Assembly: GCF_036321535.1 (NCBI RefSeq)
Contig: NC_087447.1
Span: forward strand, 34,536,001 to 34,600,000
Reading direction: 5' to 3'
Origin: Camelus dromedarius
Taxonomy: Eukaryota
DNA: 64,000 nucleotides
Position 1 is the stretch's first letter; the number at the start of each line of letters is the position of its first letter. The translations under genes and the position numbers were made by a program. Shown here piece by piece: positions 47,336-59,550 of this stretch. The notes below the pieces were generated by a model. That model did no database searches. It had not been told where the DNA came from and saw only the letters and a program-made list of their open reading frames with translations.

Positions 47336-47742
47336 ATTTTTACATAGACACCCACTATTTATCTTACCACTTTCTCATTGTTTGTTATCTTATTGTTAGG
47401 ATGAAAGTGGAAATACAGGACTTTGGAAGAAAGAGGTGCATTTCTTGTCCAGATACTGGGGGGCAGGCCCGAGGAAGGAACCTGCCCAAGGGAACATTTT
47501 TGGAAGACAGGGGGGACCTGGGCCTTTCATGATGGTCATTTCCCCAGCTGGTGAGCTCTTTCTTCCTAATTCGGTGTCCAACATGGCACCTTGAGCATGG
47601 GAGGTGCTCAGTAACTCTTTAGAGTCTTAAATGGGTTTCCAAAAAGGATTTCCCTACATTTGCCTTTAGTTTAGGACTGATTTTTAAAGGGTTAGCCACT
47701 TAGATGAAAATAATAGAAAGGAAATGAAGGGAAGGGAATCTT

Positions 47743-48059
47743 TGTTTTTTTATTTTCTATTTTTTTTAGTTGAAGTATAGTCAATTTGCAATGTTACATT
47801 AATTTCTGGTGTACAGCATAGTGATTCAGTTATATATACATATATTCCTTTTCATATTCTTTTTCATTATAGGCCATTATTGAGTATAGTTCCCTGTGCT
47901 ATATAGTAGGACCTTGTTGTTTATCTATTTTATATGCAGTAGTTTAGTATCTGCTAATCCCAAACTCCCAATTTATCCCTCCTCCCCGCACTGGTAACCA
48001 CAAATTTGTTTTCTATGTCCGTGAGTCTGTCTCTGTTTTGTAAATAAGTTCATTTGGGT
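47743..48059 (-). mobile_element. 5'-truncated L1 LINE 3' end
   Basis: T-rich tail then TTGAAGTATAGTCAATTTGCAATGTT...TTTCTGGTGTACAGCATAGTGATTCAG; perfect 13 bp TSD GGAAGGGAATCTT (47730-47742, 48062-48074). Confidence 0.95.
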
Positions 48060-48299
48060 AAGGAAGGGAATCTTCGGCTTTCTCTCTCCCCCCCCCCACA
48101 CACACATATGTGTGCACACATACACACACACAAACACACACTCTCTCTTACACTTTATTTTTTAACCTAATAGAACTGACCAGTTATCACACATCACAGG
48201 GTGATGCGAACTGTGTGGTGAGGATGGGACAGCAGATACAACAGTCACGGGGCTACTTTAAGGAAAGTATTTCTTTGCTCAGCCCTCTTCACTGGCCTC

Positions 48300-48790
48300 C
48301 CTCTCTTTTGGATCAAGACCCTGGTCTTGGTTCAACCTGCAGGGTCCTGCTGCTCTGGTCCTTCCCGGCCTCAGCAGCTGCCTCCCCTCTCCACCTGCAG
48401 GTTCTAGCCAGCCTCTTCCACCTCCCAGAGGCTGACACTACTCCACTCCTTCCTGCCTCAAGGACTTGGAACCAGATGTGAGGTGGTTCCGTCCTCTAGA
48501 AGTCTCTCCCTCTCCCCTTCTTTCCTCCTAGGAAACTCCAGCCTATCTTTCAGTCTCAGCTGAAACATATTCAGAGCAGGGAGGCCTTTCGGATGCCCTG
48601 GGCAGTCTCCTCACCTTGCTCTTCTGGCATCCTGCCCTTCACCTCCGCAGCCCTCCAGTCCCGTCAGTAGTTCAGTAGGTGCACAATCGGCTGTTTTTCT
48701 CTCTCCACCCCTAGGCTGGGAGCCCCATTGCTGTATGCTTAGAGCCCAGCCCAGAGCTGGCTGATAGTAGGTGCTCAATAAATACCTTTC
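48300..48790 (+). mobile_element. L2 LINE 3' fragment
   Basis: TTCCTGCCTCAAGGAC...TCTTTCAGTCTCAGCT...AGTAGGTGCTCAATAAATA. Confidence 0.8.
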
Positions 48791-50389
48791 AGGAGGAAGG
48801 AAAAGATGAAGGGAGAGGGAGGGAAAAAGAGAATGTGTACCATTTGGGGAGAGGTGTAGATGGACAATGAATCCATCAGAGGGGGATAGGCTCCCCTTTC
48901 TGTGGCATCATGGGTTCTGTGCTGCTCAGGAGAGAAGAGCAGATCTCTAGAAACATCTGAGTCACAAAAGAAGAGACTGGGGGAGGGGCAGGGAACTGAG
49001 AGGAGACAGAAACATACACAGCAGCCGCCTCGGGACTCAGTTCCGGAACAAGAGGGAGAGAGCGCTGCAGACGTGCATAAGGGGCAGACAGAGCTAGGTC
49101 CCTTTGCCTAGTGACTACTTCTGTGCTCCAGGGCAGAGTTCATCTGGGGTGAGCTGAATTCTCTATTCCTGTACATTCCAGGAGAGCAACTGGAGAAGTC
49201 CCTACAGCATACTTATTTACTAAGTGGCCACTCCTATCAGAAGCCTCCAAGTTGTTCTATCGTCTCAGACCGTAAGTCCACACCTTATTCAGAAATTGCT
49301 ACAGACCTCCACCCACCCAGCAGACCCAAACCAGCGCCCATGAGCTGGCCCCCACCGTGCTCAGTTTAGGTGACCTTAACTGGGAGGCATCACCAAGGCT
49401 GCACTAAGCACAGCGTTGTACACATGGCCCTGGAAGAGAATCGATGTCACTTGGTGGAAACTGTCCATGACCATGCCCCTGCCTCAAACCAAACTGATTA
49501 AGTCAATCCAGCCACACGATTTCGTAGTGAATGAGGAAACTGCATAGGTTACACAGGTCAACCTTGTTAATTCCAACCTCAGGAGACCAGACATTCATTC
49601 AAAAGTCAGAACAAGCCTACAAATGTGCTGGTTTCTGATATTTTTACTAAGAGGGTAATTTTGTCAGCTGGGAAATAGCAAAGGTTCTCAATTATGTGCT
49701 GCTTTGAATAGGCCATTAGTGGATTAGGAAAAGGTTTTTGCCGTTTATGCTACAGGATGTAACAAACGACTTCAGGGCTTAGAACCAGGGATTTGCCTGG
49801 ACTGGCTCTGGCCAGAAAATGATGGACCAAGCCATTTTCTTGCCACCAAATGGTATTCCCCCACTGCTCCATGACTCAGAGGAACTTGTCTTTAGACACT
49901 GATAAAGAGGACAGTGAAAGGGAAGGAAATTAGGTGACACTGCAGCTCTGAATGCTGCTGATTACAAGTGACCCCTCTGCCATCAAGGAGTCAGGTCTTC
50001 GAGGCTGTGCGGGGAAATTAGCTCCCTGTGCTCAGAAATGGGTTTTTAAAAATCCATATATACCACACTGTCACTCACCCCTACAGCTCCATTGTAGTAA
50101 ATGGACTTCTAAATTCCCTGACCAGACCCTCCATGTCCCACAGGTCTTCCCCCAGTCCAAACACTTATGCAGTTACTTTTTTTGGCAAGATTCCACTGAT
50201 GGATTGAAAATGATCAGCATTTCTCTTGTCAAGGTTTCCCTGAAAAAGCAAATAAGGCTCCTCACTGCCCTCTGCTCTGGATGTCTGCTCGGTTCTCACC
50301 ATAACAGAATGAAGCCACAAATCTCCAGGGCCGAGGGCAGGGCGCGCGAGAAGACAGCAGAAGAAAGAGGGGTCACTGAAGCCCACGAC

Positions 50390-50540
50390 TGTTTTCTTAG
50401 CACAACCACTGACTTGCTCTGGGCCAGGCCCTGTGCCAGGCACTGTGGATGTATCAAGCACTCCTGTGGCCCAGCCCTGCCCTCAAGGGTCACACAGCCT
50501 GGTGGGAGAGGCAAACAGGGAACAGTCGGTAATAATAAAG
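50390..50540 (-). mobile_element. L2 LINE 3' fragment
   Basis: GCCAGGCCCTGTGCCAGGCACTG...CCCTGCCCTCAAGGGTCACACAGCCTGGTGGGAGAGGCA. Confidence 0.75.
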
Positions 50541-50847
50541 AACCTACAAGCACCCACTCCGTGCCCCTACCCCCACCTACCACCTCCACACACAGTCTGC
50601 CTCATTTCTGCCTTTGCCTTCAGTCAGGAGTGAGAAGGATCAGCCCTGGGAGGTGGCAGTCCCTACCTGGGACAGTGGAGGGCGGGTCAGCAGCGAAGTG
50701 TTTTCCCGGAGCTCACAGCCCTTCCTGTGGGGCTGGTGCCAACACATTCTGCCTGTGGCTGTTTCTTCTCAACACTTGTATTCCTGAGAACCTCTCTGGG
50801 GGTGTGTTTCAAGAGCCCTCTCCTCTGCTTACATCGCTGTGGACAAA

Positions 50848-50869
50848 GTGTGTGTGTGTGTGTGTGTGT
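50848..50869. repeat. (GT)11 microsatellite
   Basis: direct reading. Confidence 0.95.
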
Positions 50870-51289
50870 CTTTTCTCAGCACAGAACCCACCCTCCTGGT
50901 CCAGCTCCCCAAACTGAGCGCCAAGTCCAGATGCCTCGTCAGACCCAGGAGCTGGGGCTGGGAAGAAGAGGGTGGGGAGAAGGAAAAATAATCGCTCAAT
51001 TTCAAGCTTGCTCAAGGCTAAGTGAATTTAATAATCCATAGATCATGTTATACAAATTGCACTTCACGGTTTGAAAAAAATAATCCCACACTGTGTACAG
51101 TCCTGGGTGGCTTATTTTACAAATAAATAACTGTGCTCTAAACAGCTCTATTTCCTTAGCCATCACTCTCAGAGAGCAGACTGACTCTCTGGCTCCCCTC
51201 TCTCCCTCCTTCACTGACTATAATTTCATTGCCAAAGAGGCTTTATTTATACAACTGATCGCTATGTGAACAAAACAGAAAACAGATGG

Positions 51290-51465
51290 TATGTATTGAG
51301 TGTTAAGTATATGCTAGGTAATATGTAGCATGCAAATTACAATATTAATAACATTAAATAATAACATACATTATTGCATTTAGTGCTCATTAGTTGTTTC
51401 ATTTTATAAATAAAGAAACTGAAGATCAGAAAGGTTAGGTAACTTAGTCAAGTTCACATAACTAA
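51290..51465 (-). mobile_element. MIR SINE
   Basis: CATTTTATAAATAAAGAAACTGAAGATCAGAAAGGTTAGGTAACTTAGTCAAG. Confidence 0.8.
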
Positions 51466-52049
51466 TATTCACACCCCAGAGTACAGAAAAGTGTCCAACA
51501 AAATGTCCCACAAAATCAAATTTCCAACTAGCAAATGGCCTCCGCAAGGATAATCATGTATCCAGGTCCCAGTATAAAATGGACTTGTATGCGGGAGGAT
51601 CCAGAACTCCCAGGGTGCCCTTGCCATCAGCCTTCCTGGGGATGGGGAAAACGGCTGCCACCTCTGAGAACGTTGCTTATATTCCAATGCATGCAATGAG
51701 ACAGCCATGCCTGCTGAGGGCGCTGAAGTAGCAACAGGCCACACTGACTCCTTTAACCATTTTGTACCACTTGTGATTGGCTCAGCCTAGGCTGAACCAG
51801 GATGCCGGGGAGTTTGGTCATAGGAAAGAGAAGGAAGTTGGAATCGTTCAGATTTGTGTGCTCTGACTGTGCCTCATTTCTTACATCTCACTTCAAGAAT
51901 CAGCAGAAGGACCAGTTCATGGGACATCAAGGATAAAGCAGTACTCTTCCTGGGTCGTTGTTACCAATCAAGTTCCTAGCTGGCCCAGAAATTGACCTTC
52001 TGGAACTTAGTCTAATAAGTGATAGGCGATAATGGACTCTGGCCATGAG

Positions 52050-52104
52050 GCAAGCTTATATTCTTTTTTTTTTTTTTTTTTTTTTTACTGCAAGTTTATA
52101 TTCT
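52050..52104 (-). mobile_element. solo poly(A) retro-insertion flanked by a 15 bp TSD
   Basis: GCAAGCTTATATTCT (52050-52064) + T22 ACT + GCAAGTTTATATTCT (52090-52104). Confidence 0.8.
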
Positions 52105-52189
52105 ATGTCAGGGATGCTTAATATTTCATCTAATAATTCACAGATTTTTACCTTATAGCTCATAGTGTTGTAAGAATTATTAATAATGG

Positions 52190-52415
52190 TAATAATAATA
52201 GCAGTTAATTAAACACTAGGCCCTGACATAGTGCTGTCAATGCATCATCTCATGCCCCAAACTTCTGTGAGGTAGGAATTCCTGTCTCCACTTTACAGAT
52301 CAGGAAACTGAGGTTCAGCACCTCTGTCCTGGTATCTCAGCCGAGAAGTGGTAGAGGTGGAATTTGAATCCACTCTATCAGATTCCAGAGCCCAGACTCA
52401 GATCCTCCACCCAAC
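52190..52415 (-). mobile_element. MIR SINE
   Basis: CTGTGAGGTAGG...CCACTTTACAGATCAGGAAACTGAGG...GAATTTGAATCCA...CCAGAGCCCA. Confidence 0.88.
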
Positions 52416-54139
52416 ACAGCCCGCTCAGATGAGAGCAAGTGGAAATGCTTTGAAAACCATGAAGTAAGGCGTAAATGTCAATGGTTATTCAAGTCTACAT
52501 GACAGTCTGGTAGAGAATTTATCAGTTAAATCTCAAAAGAACCATCCCACCCAACTTCAGGGAAGCCATGAGTAATCCACAAAGAGACTGCCAATGCTTT
52601 ATTTCCAACTAGGCTTGCAGGTTAGAAGCAGAAGGGAGACAGCCCTCTTTCACCAGAGCCTTCCAGGCAACAGTGAGTCTCAGTATCCCAAATAGCATAA
52701 GGAGTGGGTGCAAAACCTCCTAGGTTCTGGGGAGGGAACACCCAGGACCCCCTTCAGGTCCAGTTGGTGGCACCATAACCTCACTGGCTCATGCTGTGTT
52801 CTTTCTCTGTTGATTCTCCTTGTGAGAAGCTGAATCGCCAGCACCTGAAGGACTCTTGCAGCACTTGAGGGCCCGGGCCAACTCTGGCTCTCTCTCTTCA
52901 CTGGGCCCAGGATATATCAACATCTGTTCCACACAGTTGTCCATGCAGACCTGGGCCTGGGAGTCTCAGGACCTCCACTGCGTAGACTTGGATGGACATA
53001 TTCCAGGGGCACGGGCCCCCTCCACGGCCTGGTTCTCTCTCTGGCTCCCACGTGCAGAAGAGCCCTGGGCAGTTGAGCAGTTGAGCTGTCCGCATTAATG
53101 ATGACTTGGGTGGGCAAGTGGGCGGGCAGGCAGCACTCTGCCTGAGATGCAGTCCTCACTCTTGTTATCAAATCTCCTAAAGCAATCGCTAACCCTCTGC
53201 TATCACCTGGCAGGCTGCAAGCAGCTCATTAAAAGGGAGTAACTCCCTCCACGTGTCCCAAAACTCCATTCCCTAGAGAAGCAGATAAACCTCAAATTGT
53301 GTCAACTTTCATTTCAGCCCAAACCACCCCTAGCCCTGCTCTCTGTGCGACTGGGCCTTGGTTAATGACACAGAACACACAGTAGAAGAACTGAGAAGAA
53401 TGGAAGAAAGGAGGAAAAATTGCAACATTAGCATTTATATTGCTCCGCCCCATCTTAAAAGAAAAAATTAAAGAGGAAGCTAGGAGTCCACAGCTGTGAT
53501 GGAAGAGGGGAGAGGAAGAAGAAAGGGGTTCCAACCCCAGAGAACCTATGCTTCAAATAAGCCTACTCAACTCCATCTCCATTATCTCAGGCTGGGAAAG
53601 AGCGAGTAGATGCGATCGAGCTAGTTATTCAAGTTGCCATCTTCCTTGCGTGGTGTCCTGAAGAAATTCTATAGATGTGAGACCGAGTAAATTAAGAGCT
53701 TGGAAGAAGACCTGAAGATGCCCACTGTGTGGAGGCACAACGACTTGGGACTTTATGCCACAAAAACCTTGTTGACACATACACCCAGGAAATGGGGGTT
53801 ACCATGGAGATCTGGGACAAGTGACTGAATCTCTCTCTGCCTCAGTTTTTCATAACATCACCTACCTTGTATGTTATTGGGACGATTATATGAGTTAGTT
53901 GTTCTATTGAAAGACTCCAGTGTAGTACCTGGCACATGTGGTTTCCCTCCATCCTACTTTCCATCTTGTTCTAGTTTTTTGGTTTGGTTTTGTTTTTAAA
54001 AAGCATCAGAGACAATCAAGTGACCTGCCAACAATCATAAAGTGAGCTAATGTTAAAGGTAGGGCAAGTACCTGTCTACTGACACTCCATGCCCTTTCCC
54101 AGCTATGTCCTAAAATTCTGATGAATTAGCCTTGGTGAA

Positions 54140-54350
54140 GGAATGTGGCTCAAGAGACAACAGAGTCTATACCCAGAGAAGATTTAATCCTCAGCTTTAC
54201 AATTTACTGTGTGATTCTGGGCAAGTTCCGTTGAGTCCTGTGTATCCGCTTCCTCATCTGTAAAACAGAAGTGATAGCAACTTCACAAGGTTTGTGGTAA
54301 AAGTTCAACGAGTTAGCCTCATGCCTGGTGCATTCCCAGTGCTCAGCATC
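54140..54350 (+). mobile_element. MIR SINE
   Basis: CTGTGTGATTCTGGGCAAGTT...TTCCTCATCTGTAAAAC. Confidence 0.82.
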
Positions 54351-54468
54351 CTTTTCCATCCCTTTTCCCTGGTACTGCAACTCCCACAGTGCCCATGCAG
54401 TGCTCTGTCCACAGGCTGCTCTCAGGAGATGCTTGTTGGCTGGTAGGACTGAAACTATCTTCCAGGAG

Positions 54469-54721
54469 AATGTTGCCGGCCCTGCTATATGAATTGTGAG
54501 ATAGGCCAAGTCTGTCTTCAGCACTGCATCACCTCATCCTCCTGCTGCTCAGCTGCCTTTCTCAAACCTGCACACCGTGTTCTGAGTATTTTCCAATGTT
54601 GCCGGCCCTGCTATATGAATTGTGAGATAGGCCAAGTCTGTCTTCAGCACTGCATCACCTCATCCTCCTGCTGCTCAGCTGCCTTTCTCAAACCTGCACA
54701 CCGTGTTCTGAGTATTTTCCA
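54469..54721. repeat. perfect 126 bp tandem duplication
   Basis: 54469-54594 is identical to 54595-54720 (AATGTTGCCGGCCCTG...GAGTATTTTCC), plus one shared A. Confidence 0.98.
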
Positions 54722-54780
54722 TGCCAGACCACAGTTCCAGTTCCCATTCAGTTAGTGCCCAGTTCTCTACTGACATCACA

Positions 54781-54807
54781 ATGATGATGATGATGATGAT
54801 GATGATG
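54781..54807. repeat. (ATG)9 microsatellite
   Basis: direct reading; adjacent to the tail of a minus-strand MIR. Confidence 0.97.
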
Positions 54808-54819
54808 ACAATGGGGTGG

Positions 54820-55020
54820 TAATTAACTTTTACTGAACTCATTCTGTGCCAGACACTCTCCTATTCTTTATATAGGTTTTCTTTATCCAATTCTCACCCA
54901 CACGATCCATTTCATAGTTAAAGTAATTTGGCACAGAAGTCACCCAGCCAGTAAAGTGATGGAACTGGAATTCACATCCAAGCATTCTAACTCCAGGGTC
55001 CACACACTGAACCACTTGAA
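54820..55020 (-). mobile_element. MIR SINE
   Basis: TTTACTGAACTCATTCTGTGCCAGACACT...GGAATTCACATCCAAGCATTCTAACTCCAG. Confidence 0.82.
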
Positions 55021-55094
55021 GCACCTTAATAGGGTCTCCTAGAAAAGGTCTTCCTCTGAATAATAATAAGTTATAGTGACAAGAGCAATAACAA

Positions 55095-55512
55095 TGTAAT
55101 TATTAAGGTAATACCAGCTGCAGTAACAGATAAAATCCAAAATCTTGGTGGCTCAACACAAAAAAAGACTGATTTCATATTTATATAAAATTCAATGGTG
55201 GGGTGAAGGCAGGGGCTGGAAAACATGGGGTCTCTGCCCTGCAGCCATCCAGGGCTCTGGGCAGATGGATACTCTGCTGTCTTCAGCACATGGTTAAACT
55301 GCAGCAAGAACATTTTATAAGCCAAGCCTGGGCGAGGCATTCCATCATTCTACCCCCATTCCATTGGCCAGAACTCAATCACATGGCTTTCCTTAGCTGC
55401 AAGGAGGGTTGAGAGGGGAAGTCCGAGGGTGGGCGGGGACTTCTGAGTAGTAATTCTTCACTGTGGAAGGGATGCATTCATCTTTGGTGGACAGGCACCT
55501 GCTCCTGTCATA
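55095..55512 (-). mobile_element. ERVL-MaLR solo LTR (MLT1J-like)
   Basis: AGCTGCAGTAACAGATAAAATCCAAAATCTTGGTGGCTCAACACAA...CCCATTCCATTGGCCAGAACTCAATCACATGGC...TAGCTGCAAGG. Confidence 0.85.
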
Positions 55513-55549
55513 AATAATAACAACAGCAATAACCGAGATAATAAGAACA

Positions 55550-55770
55550 GCAGTTACCCTTAATTGAGCACTCGCTGTGCACAGGCAACAGGCTCTGTGC
55601 CAAGTATTTTATACATATTATGCCTACTTTTCACACTCTGAAAGATAAATATTATTATCTCTATTTTCCAGGGAAGAACACTGGCATTTTTGGAGGTGGG
55701 AAGAAGTTGCACAGCTCACACAGCTGGTGAGCAGTAGATCCAAATCCCAGACCAGATGCCCTAGTCTGGG
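55550..55770 (-). mobile_element. MIR SINE
   Basis: ATTGAGCACTCGCTGTGC...ATTATTATCTCTATTTTCCAG...TCACACAGCTGGTGAG. Confidence 0.82.
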
Positions 55771-56330
55771 TCCTCCGGAAAACAGAGCTTCAGCGGGAAT
55801 TCAAGCACAGACACTCTTGGGGAAGTCCCATCTCATGGCAGCGAGAGGGAGGAAAAAGGGGAGAGTGAAGCCAGGAAAGGGGCAAAGGGACGCAAAGCGA
55901 TGCCTCACTGCGCAGCCACTGCCTTACCAGACACAGATACTGGACACAGCAGGTGATCAGCAGGTGTGTTTGCTTAGCATGTGGAACTTTCTTCAAAAGA
56001 TATGCAAGGACAAAGCATGTCTCAGAGTGGTCCGTGGCAGGGAGAACGCAGGGGAGGACTTGCCCATTCTTCCTTCCCATTGGTCCAAGCCTATGAAGAG
56101 TTGACTTCTTATATTTCTACCTGGTTGTTATTCAGCCCCTGGTGGGCACTGGGGAAGCTAGAGACCAGATTCTGCAACGTGGCACTCCATCCACGTCCCA
56201 CAGTGAGGGACAATACAGCAAGGGTAAGGGCCAGTGCATAGGACATGGAGGGGGTGCTGGTCCAGCGCTTCAGCTTAGATTGTTCAGCTATGAATCGCAG
56301 CAGGACTAGGAGGTGGCAGTGCCTTCAGAA
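55765..56330 (-). mobile_element. probable old ERVL LTR (LTR16/33/40-group like)
   Basis: TCTGGGTCCTCCGGAAAACAGAGC...GGAATTCAAGCAC...GGAGAGTGAAGCCAGGAAAGG resembles antisense ERVL LTR U5 ends; family uncertain. Confidence 0.4.
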
Positions 56331-57953
56331 AGAAGGTGGTCTGAGTAACCTGGAAAATGTTGGAGGCTCATGTCTCACCACCAAAGCTCATGCTCTTTCC
56401 ACTACATTATCCAGCTTTCCTCTCAGATTAGATGCCAACCAACAGTGGCAACTTCAGGCACTTTGATGGGGAGAAAGGGAGGGAGACTTCTTTGGGAAGG
56501 AATGCATTTCAAATCTCACCCTGTAAGGGATCACCTTTCACCCCACACTGAAAGGCGGCTGAAACCAAAACACCAGGAACCCACAGCGGTCCACCTACGG
56601 AGCCCCTCTGGTCAAGGGAAATGAGCCACACGCCTGGCAATGGCAGCTGAGAGGGAGAGGATGTTACTTCTGATATAGCCCATGGACAAATCAATTTTAG
56701 AAACTGAGACCCATTTTTAGAAATTTCACAGCAGTGAAGGGCATTTCATCTAAGTCCATGCAGCCAATTGGTGGCTGGCTGGGATCAGAACTCTGGGCCT
56801 TTTCTATGATGCCACCATCTCCCAACATGTCTGCAGGCTCCTGCAGACCACCACGAACCCGAATTCTAGCCGGCCCTCCAATGCCTGGCTGCCCGCAGCA
56901 AGAGCAGAGAGTGGTCCTCTCCCCACACTTGAGAAATGCACCTTTTCTCTAGCCATGCCCACCACCACCAGCACAGTCATTTCTTTGGGGAAAGCCCTCC
57001 TTTAGAGTGAATCATTTCACCTTTGGTTTTGAGGGATTCTGAATCCACAGACATAATTATCCTTGTTTACCAGCTGGCTCTAATCCCAAGAAGTCAGCAG
57101 CTTGCCCACATTGCCCGCAAAAACCAGATAGGAGTGAAGGGGTCTGCTTGAATGCTCAGAGTGGAGACCCTGCCGCCCATGCCAGGCCCTTTCTTCAACC
57201 CATTAACGTTCCCGAGAGGGTCTCTGGGGGAGATGGGGAGGAGGGACGGCATAGATGGAATGTCTGCGGTCTCCCCCACCCCAGTGCCCTTGCCCTCGGA
57301 GCTCCATCAGTTTCAGCTACGATGATCCCTGTTTGTGAAACTGAAGATTTCCTGAAAGGAGTAAAGGCAGGTCCAAACTGGTAGTTCCAAGCCACCCTGC
57401 TCCCCCTGCCAGGCCATTAGGAGGAGGATTAAGATGACGAGGCATCAGGGCGGCCACAATTAGGCTGGCACGTTGCTCTCTCCACAGATGGCATGCGCAG
57501 TGTGATCTAACAGTTCATTATTAATGGGAAAATGAGATAAGGACCAGGTTCCGTGTCTAAGGGGAGCTCCTCTACCAATCTGAATACGTGCTCATGCTCG
57601 CTTTCAAGCCAGCCACCGACAGAAGGGTGGATTCCATTCCTGCCCCACGTCAGCACCCCCAGCCCTGGCCCTCCCCTGAAACCACAGGGGAAAATGGGCT
57701 CTGATAAAAGCACGTCATTATCTGCAGTGACCCACATCCTCTCCCTGAGAAGAACGATGGTAACAGAAGTGCCGTGTCTGTTGTTTCACAAAATTGGTTA
57801 AAAAATAAATAATGAGTAATAGCAGCTTTAATGCAGGATAAGAGGGTGGGTCATTTCGGAAGGACTAGGAAGAAATAATGTGGAGACTTAATCAGAGCTC
57901 AGTTTTGTGCTCCTATGGCTGTCGGTAGACAGGGCATCATCAGCCTGTTGAAG

Positions 57954-57957
<4 letters not shown>

Positions 57958-58034
<77 letters not shown>
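57958..58034. repeat. perfect (TG)38 microsatellite
   Basis: 77 bp uninterrupted TG. Confidence 0.98.
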
Positions 58035-58036
<2 letters not shown>

Positions 58037-58039
58037 CAG

Positions 58040-58560
58040 TGTCCATTTTTGCTCTCCTCCAATCCATTCCTGTCTCAGCAGCCAGTGTGATTGATCACGT
58101 CTCTCCCGAGTTTAAAACCTTTCAGTGGCTCCCACCACTCTTAGCCCAAAGATCAAAATCTTAATGTGGCCATGAGACCTCACACAAGAAGCCTATGCTC
58201 CAGCCCCAACCTCAGCCACCCTCCCAGATAATCCCTGGGGTCCAACCACACTGGCCTTCTGTCATGTCCTTAAACACACTCTGCTCCTCCCAGTCTTGGG
58301 GACTTTGCATCTGCTACTCTCTCTGTCTGGGACATTCTTCCTGCCTCCTTTTGCCCCTTTGGAACCTAGTGCAAGCAGCCATTTCTAAGAAAGCTTTCCT
58401 TTGCTCCTTTATATGCCCTGACATCCCCCTGTATCTCTTCTTTGTACCATGTGTCACCATTTCAACTACACAATTATTTGTGTGGTTAGTTATTTAATGC
58501 CTGTCTTTCTCCTTCCATTGCAAGCTCCATGGCAGCAAGGTCAAACTGCACTTCTTTTTT
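58040..58560 (+). mobile_element. L2 LINE fragment
   Basis: TTTAAAACCTTTCAGTGGCTCCC...CCACACTGGCCTTCT...GGACTTTGCA...TGCAAGCTCCATG. Confidence 0.85.
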
Positions 58561-58799
58561 TCTGTACTGATTTCCAGAACACAATGTGGGAGGACTGGCC
58601 TGCAGAGCGATGGAGCAGAGGTATTTCCAGATGTGTATGCAGCACAAACTAAAGAAAATAACTTGATAGCTGTTGAGTAGGGAGGGTTAAACCATTTCTT
58701 CATTCATTCATTTGTTCAGTCAATCACCAACTACTCATTGAATGCCTACCTGATGCCAAGAGATGTGAGGGCTGAGCACACATGGTCCGGCAGTTAACG

Positions 58800-59550
58800 A
58801 GATAGGCGTGGATCACGCACAAGGCACAATTCATGTGTCCTGTCCTCTGTGGAGTCATTCTTGAGCCTTTCACCTCCCAGGTGATTTATGGCTCCTTTCT
58901 TTGTGATCTGTACCCATCTCTTGCCCCTACCATGCTTGATTGCACTGACTTTCTTCCCCACTGATCGTGTGAACCCTGAGGCCCAGGCTACTGCCTGCTT
59001 TACTGTGCATATCCAAGGCCTAACACAGTGCCTCCGGCCCTTCCAGTGCCTAATAAATGGACAATGAAAGAATGCAAGAATGAATATTGGAGGTGCACAA
59101 GCTCCCATTAGATAATCAATCAAGAGCATGACCTGGATGCTTCCCCTCCCCTACCTCCAATCCCCCTGGGACCACCCCCCCAACCCTAATGATTCCAGTA
59201 CCTTGGACAACACCAGACGTGCTCTTGCATAGGCTGTGTCACTTACATAGAAAATCTTTCCCTTATCCAGCTCCAGCTCATTCTGCAGTTCGTAAGCATC
59301 ACTTCCTCCAGAATGCCTTCCCTGTTCTGACCATCAACACCTTCACCCCTACCAGGCACCAAACCCAGGCTAGGTAGGAATTCCTGCCATGGCTTCCCAA
59401 ACATTGCTCCCAGGACTTCCCCTACCAACTGTCTGTCTTCCCCACTAGACAGGAGCTTCATGCAGAGATGGCAACCATGTCTATCTTGTATACTAGCCCT
59501 TTGCCTGGCACATAGGTGGCTTTGAATGAATTTTTTTAAATAAATGATTG
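58800..59550 (+). mobile_element. two L2 LINE 3' fragments
   Basis: CCTAACACAGTGCC...TAATAAATG (about 59020-59060); TGTCTTCCCCACTAGACAGGAGCTTCATG...GCCTGGCACATAG...TGAATGAA (about 59430-59530). Confidence 0.75.

Noticed and set aside
49952..50917. Longest ORF (321 aa)
   Set aside because: Runs through an antisense L2 fragment and a (GT)11 tract, has no recognisable domain and a composition typical of non-coding translation; most likely a chance ORF
43563..54721. CRISPR-like direct repeats (37 bp and 126 bp units)
   Set aside because: Only two adjacent copies each, no spacers, no cas genes, mammalian context
54489..54755. Cys-rich ORF with a 42 aa repeat resembling a metallothionein or keratin-associated protein
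   Set aside because: The repeat is just the perfect 126 bp DNA duplication, with no synonymous divergence and no gene context
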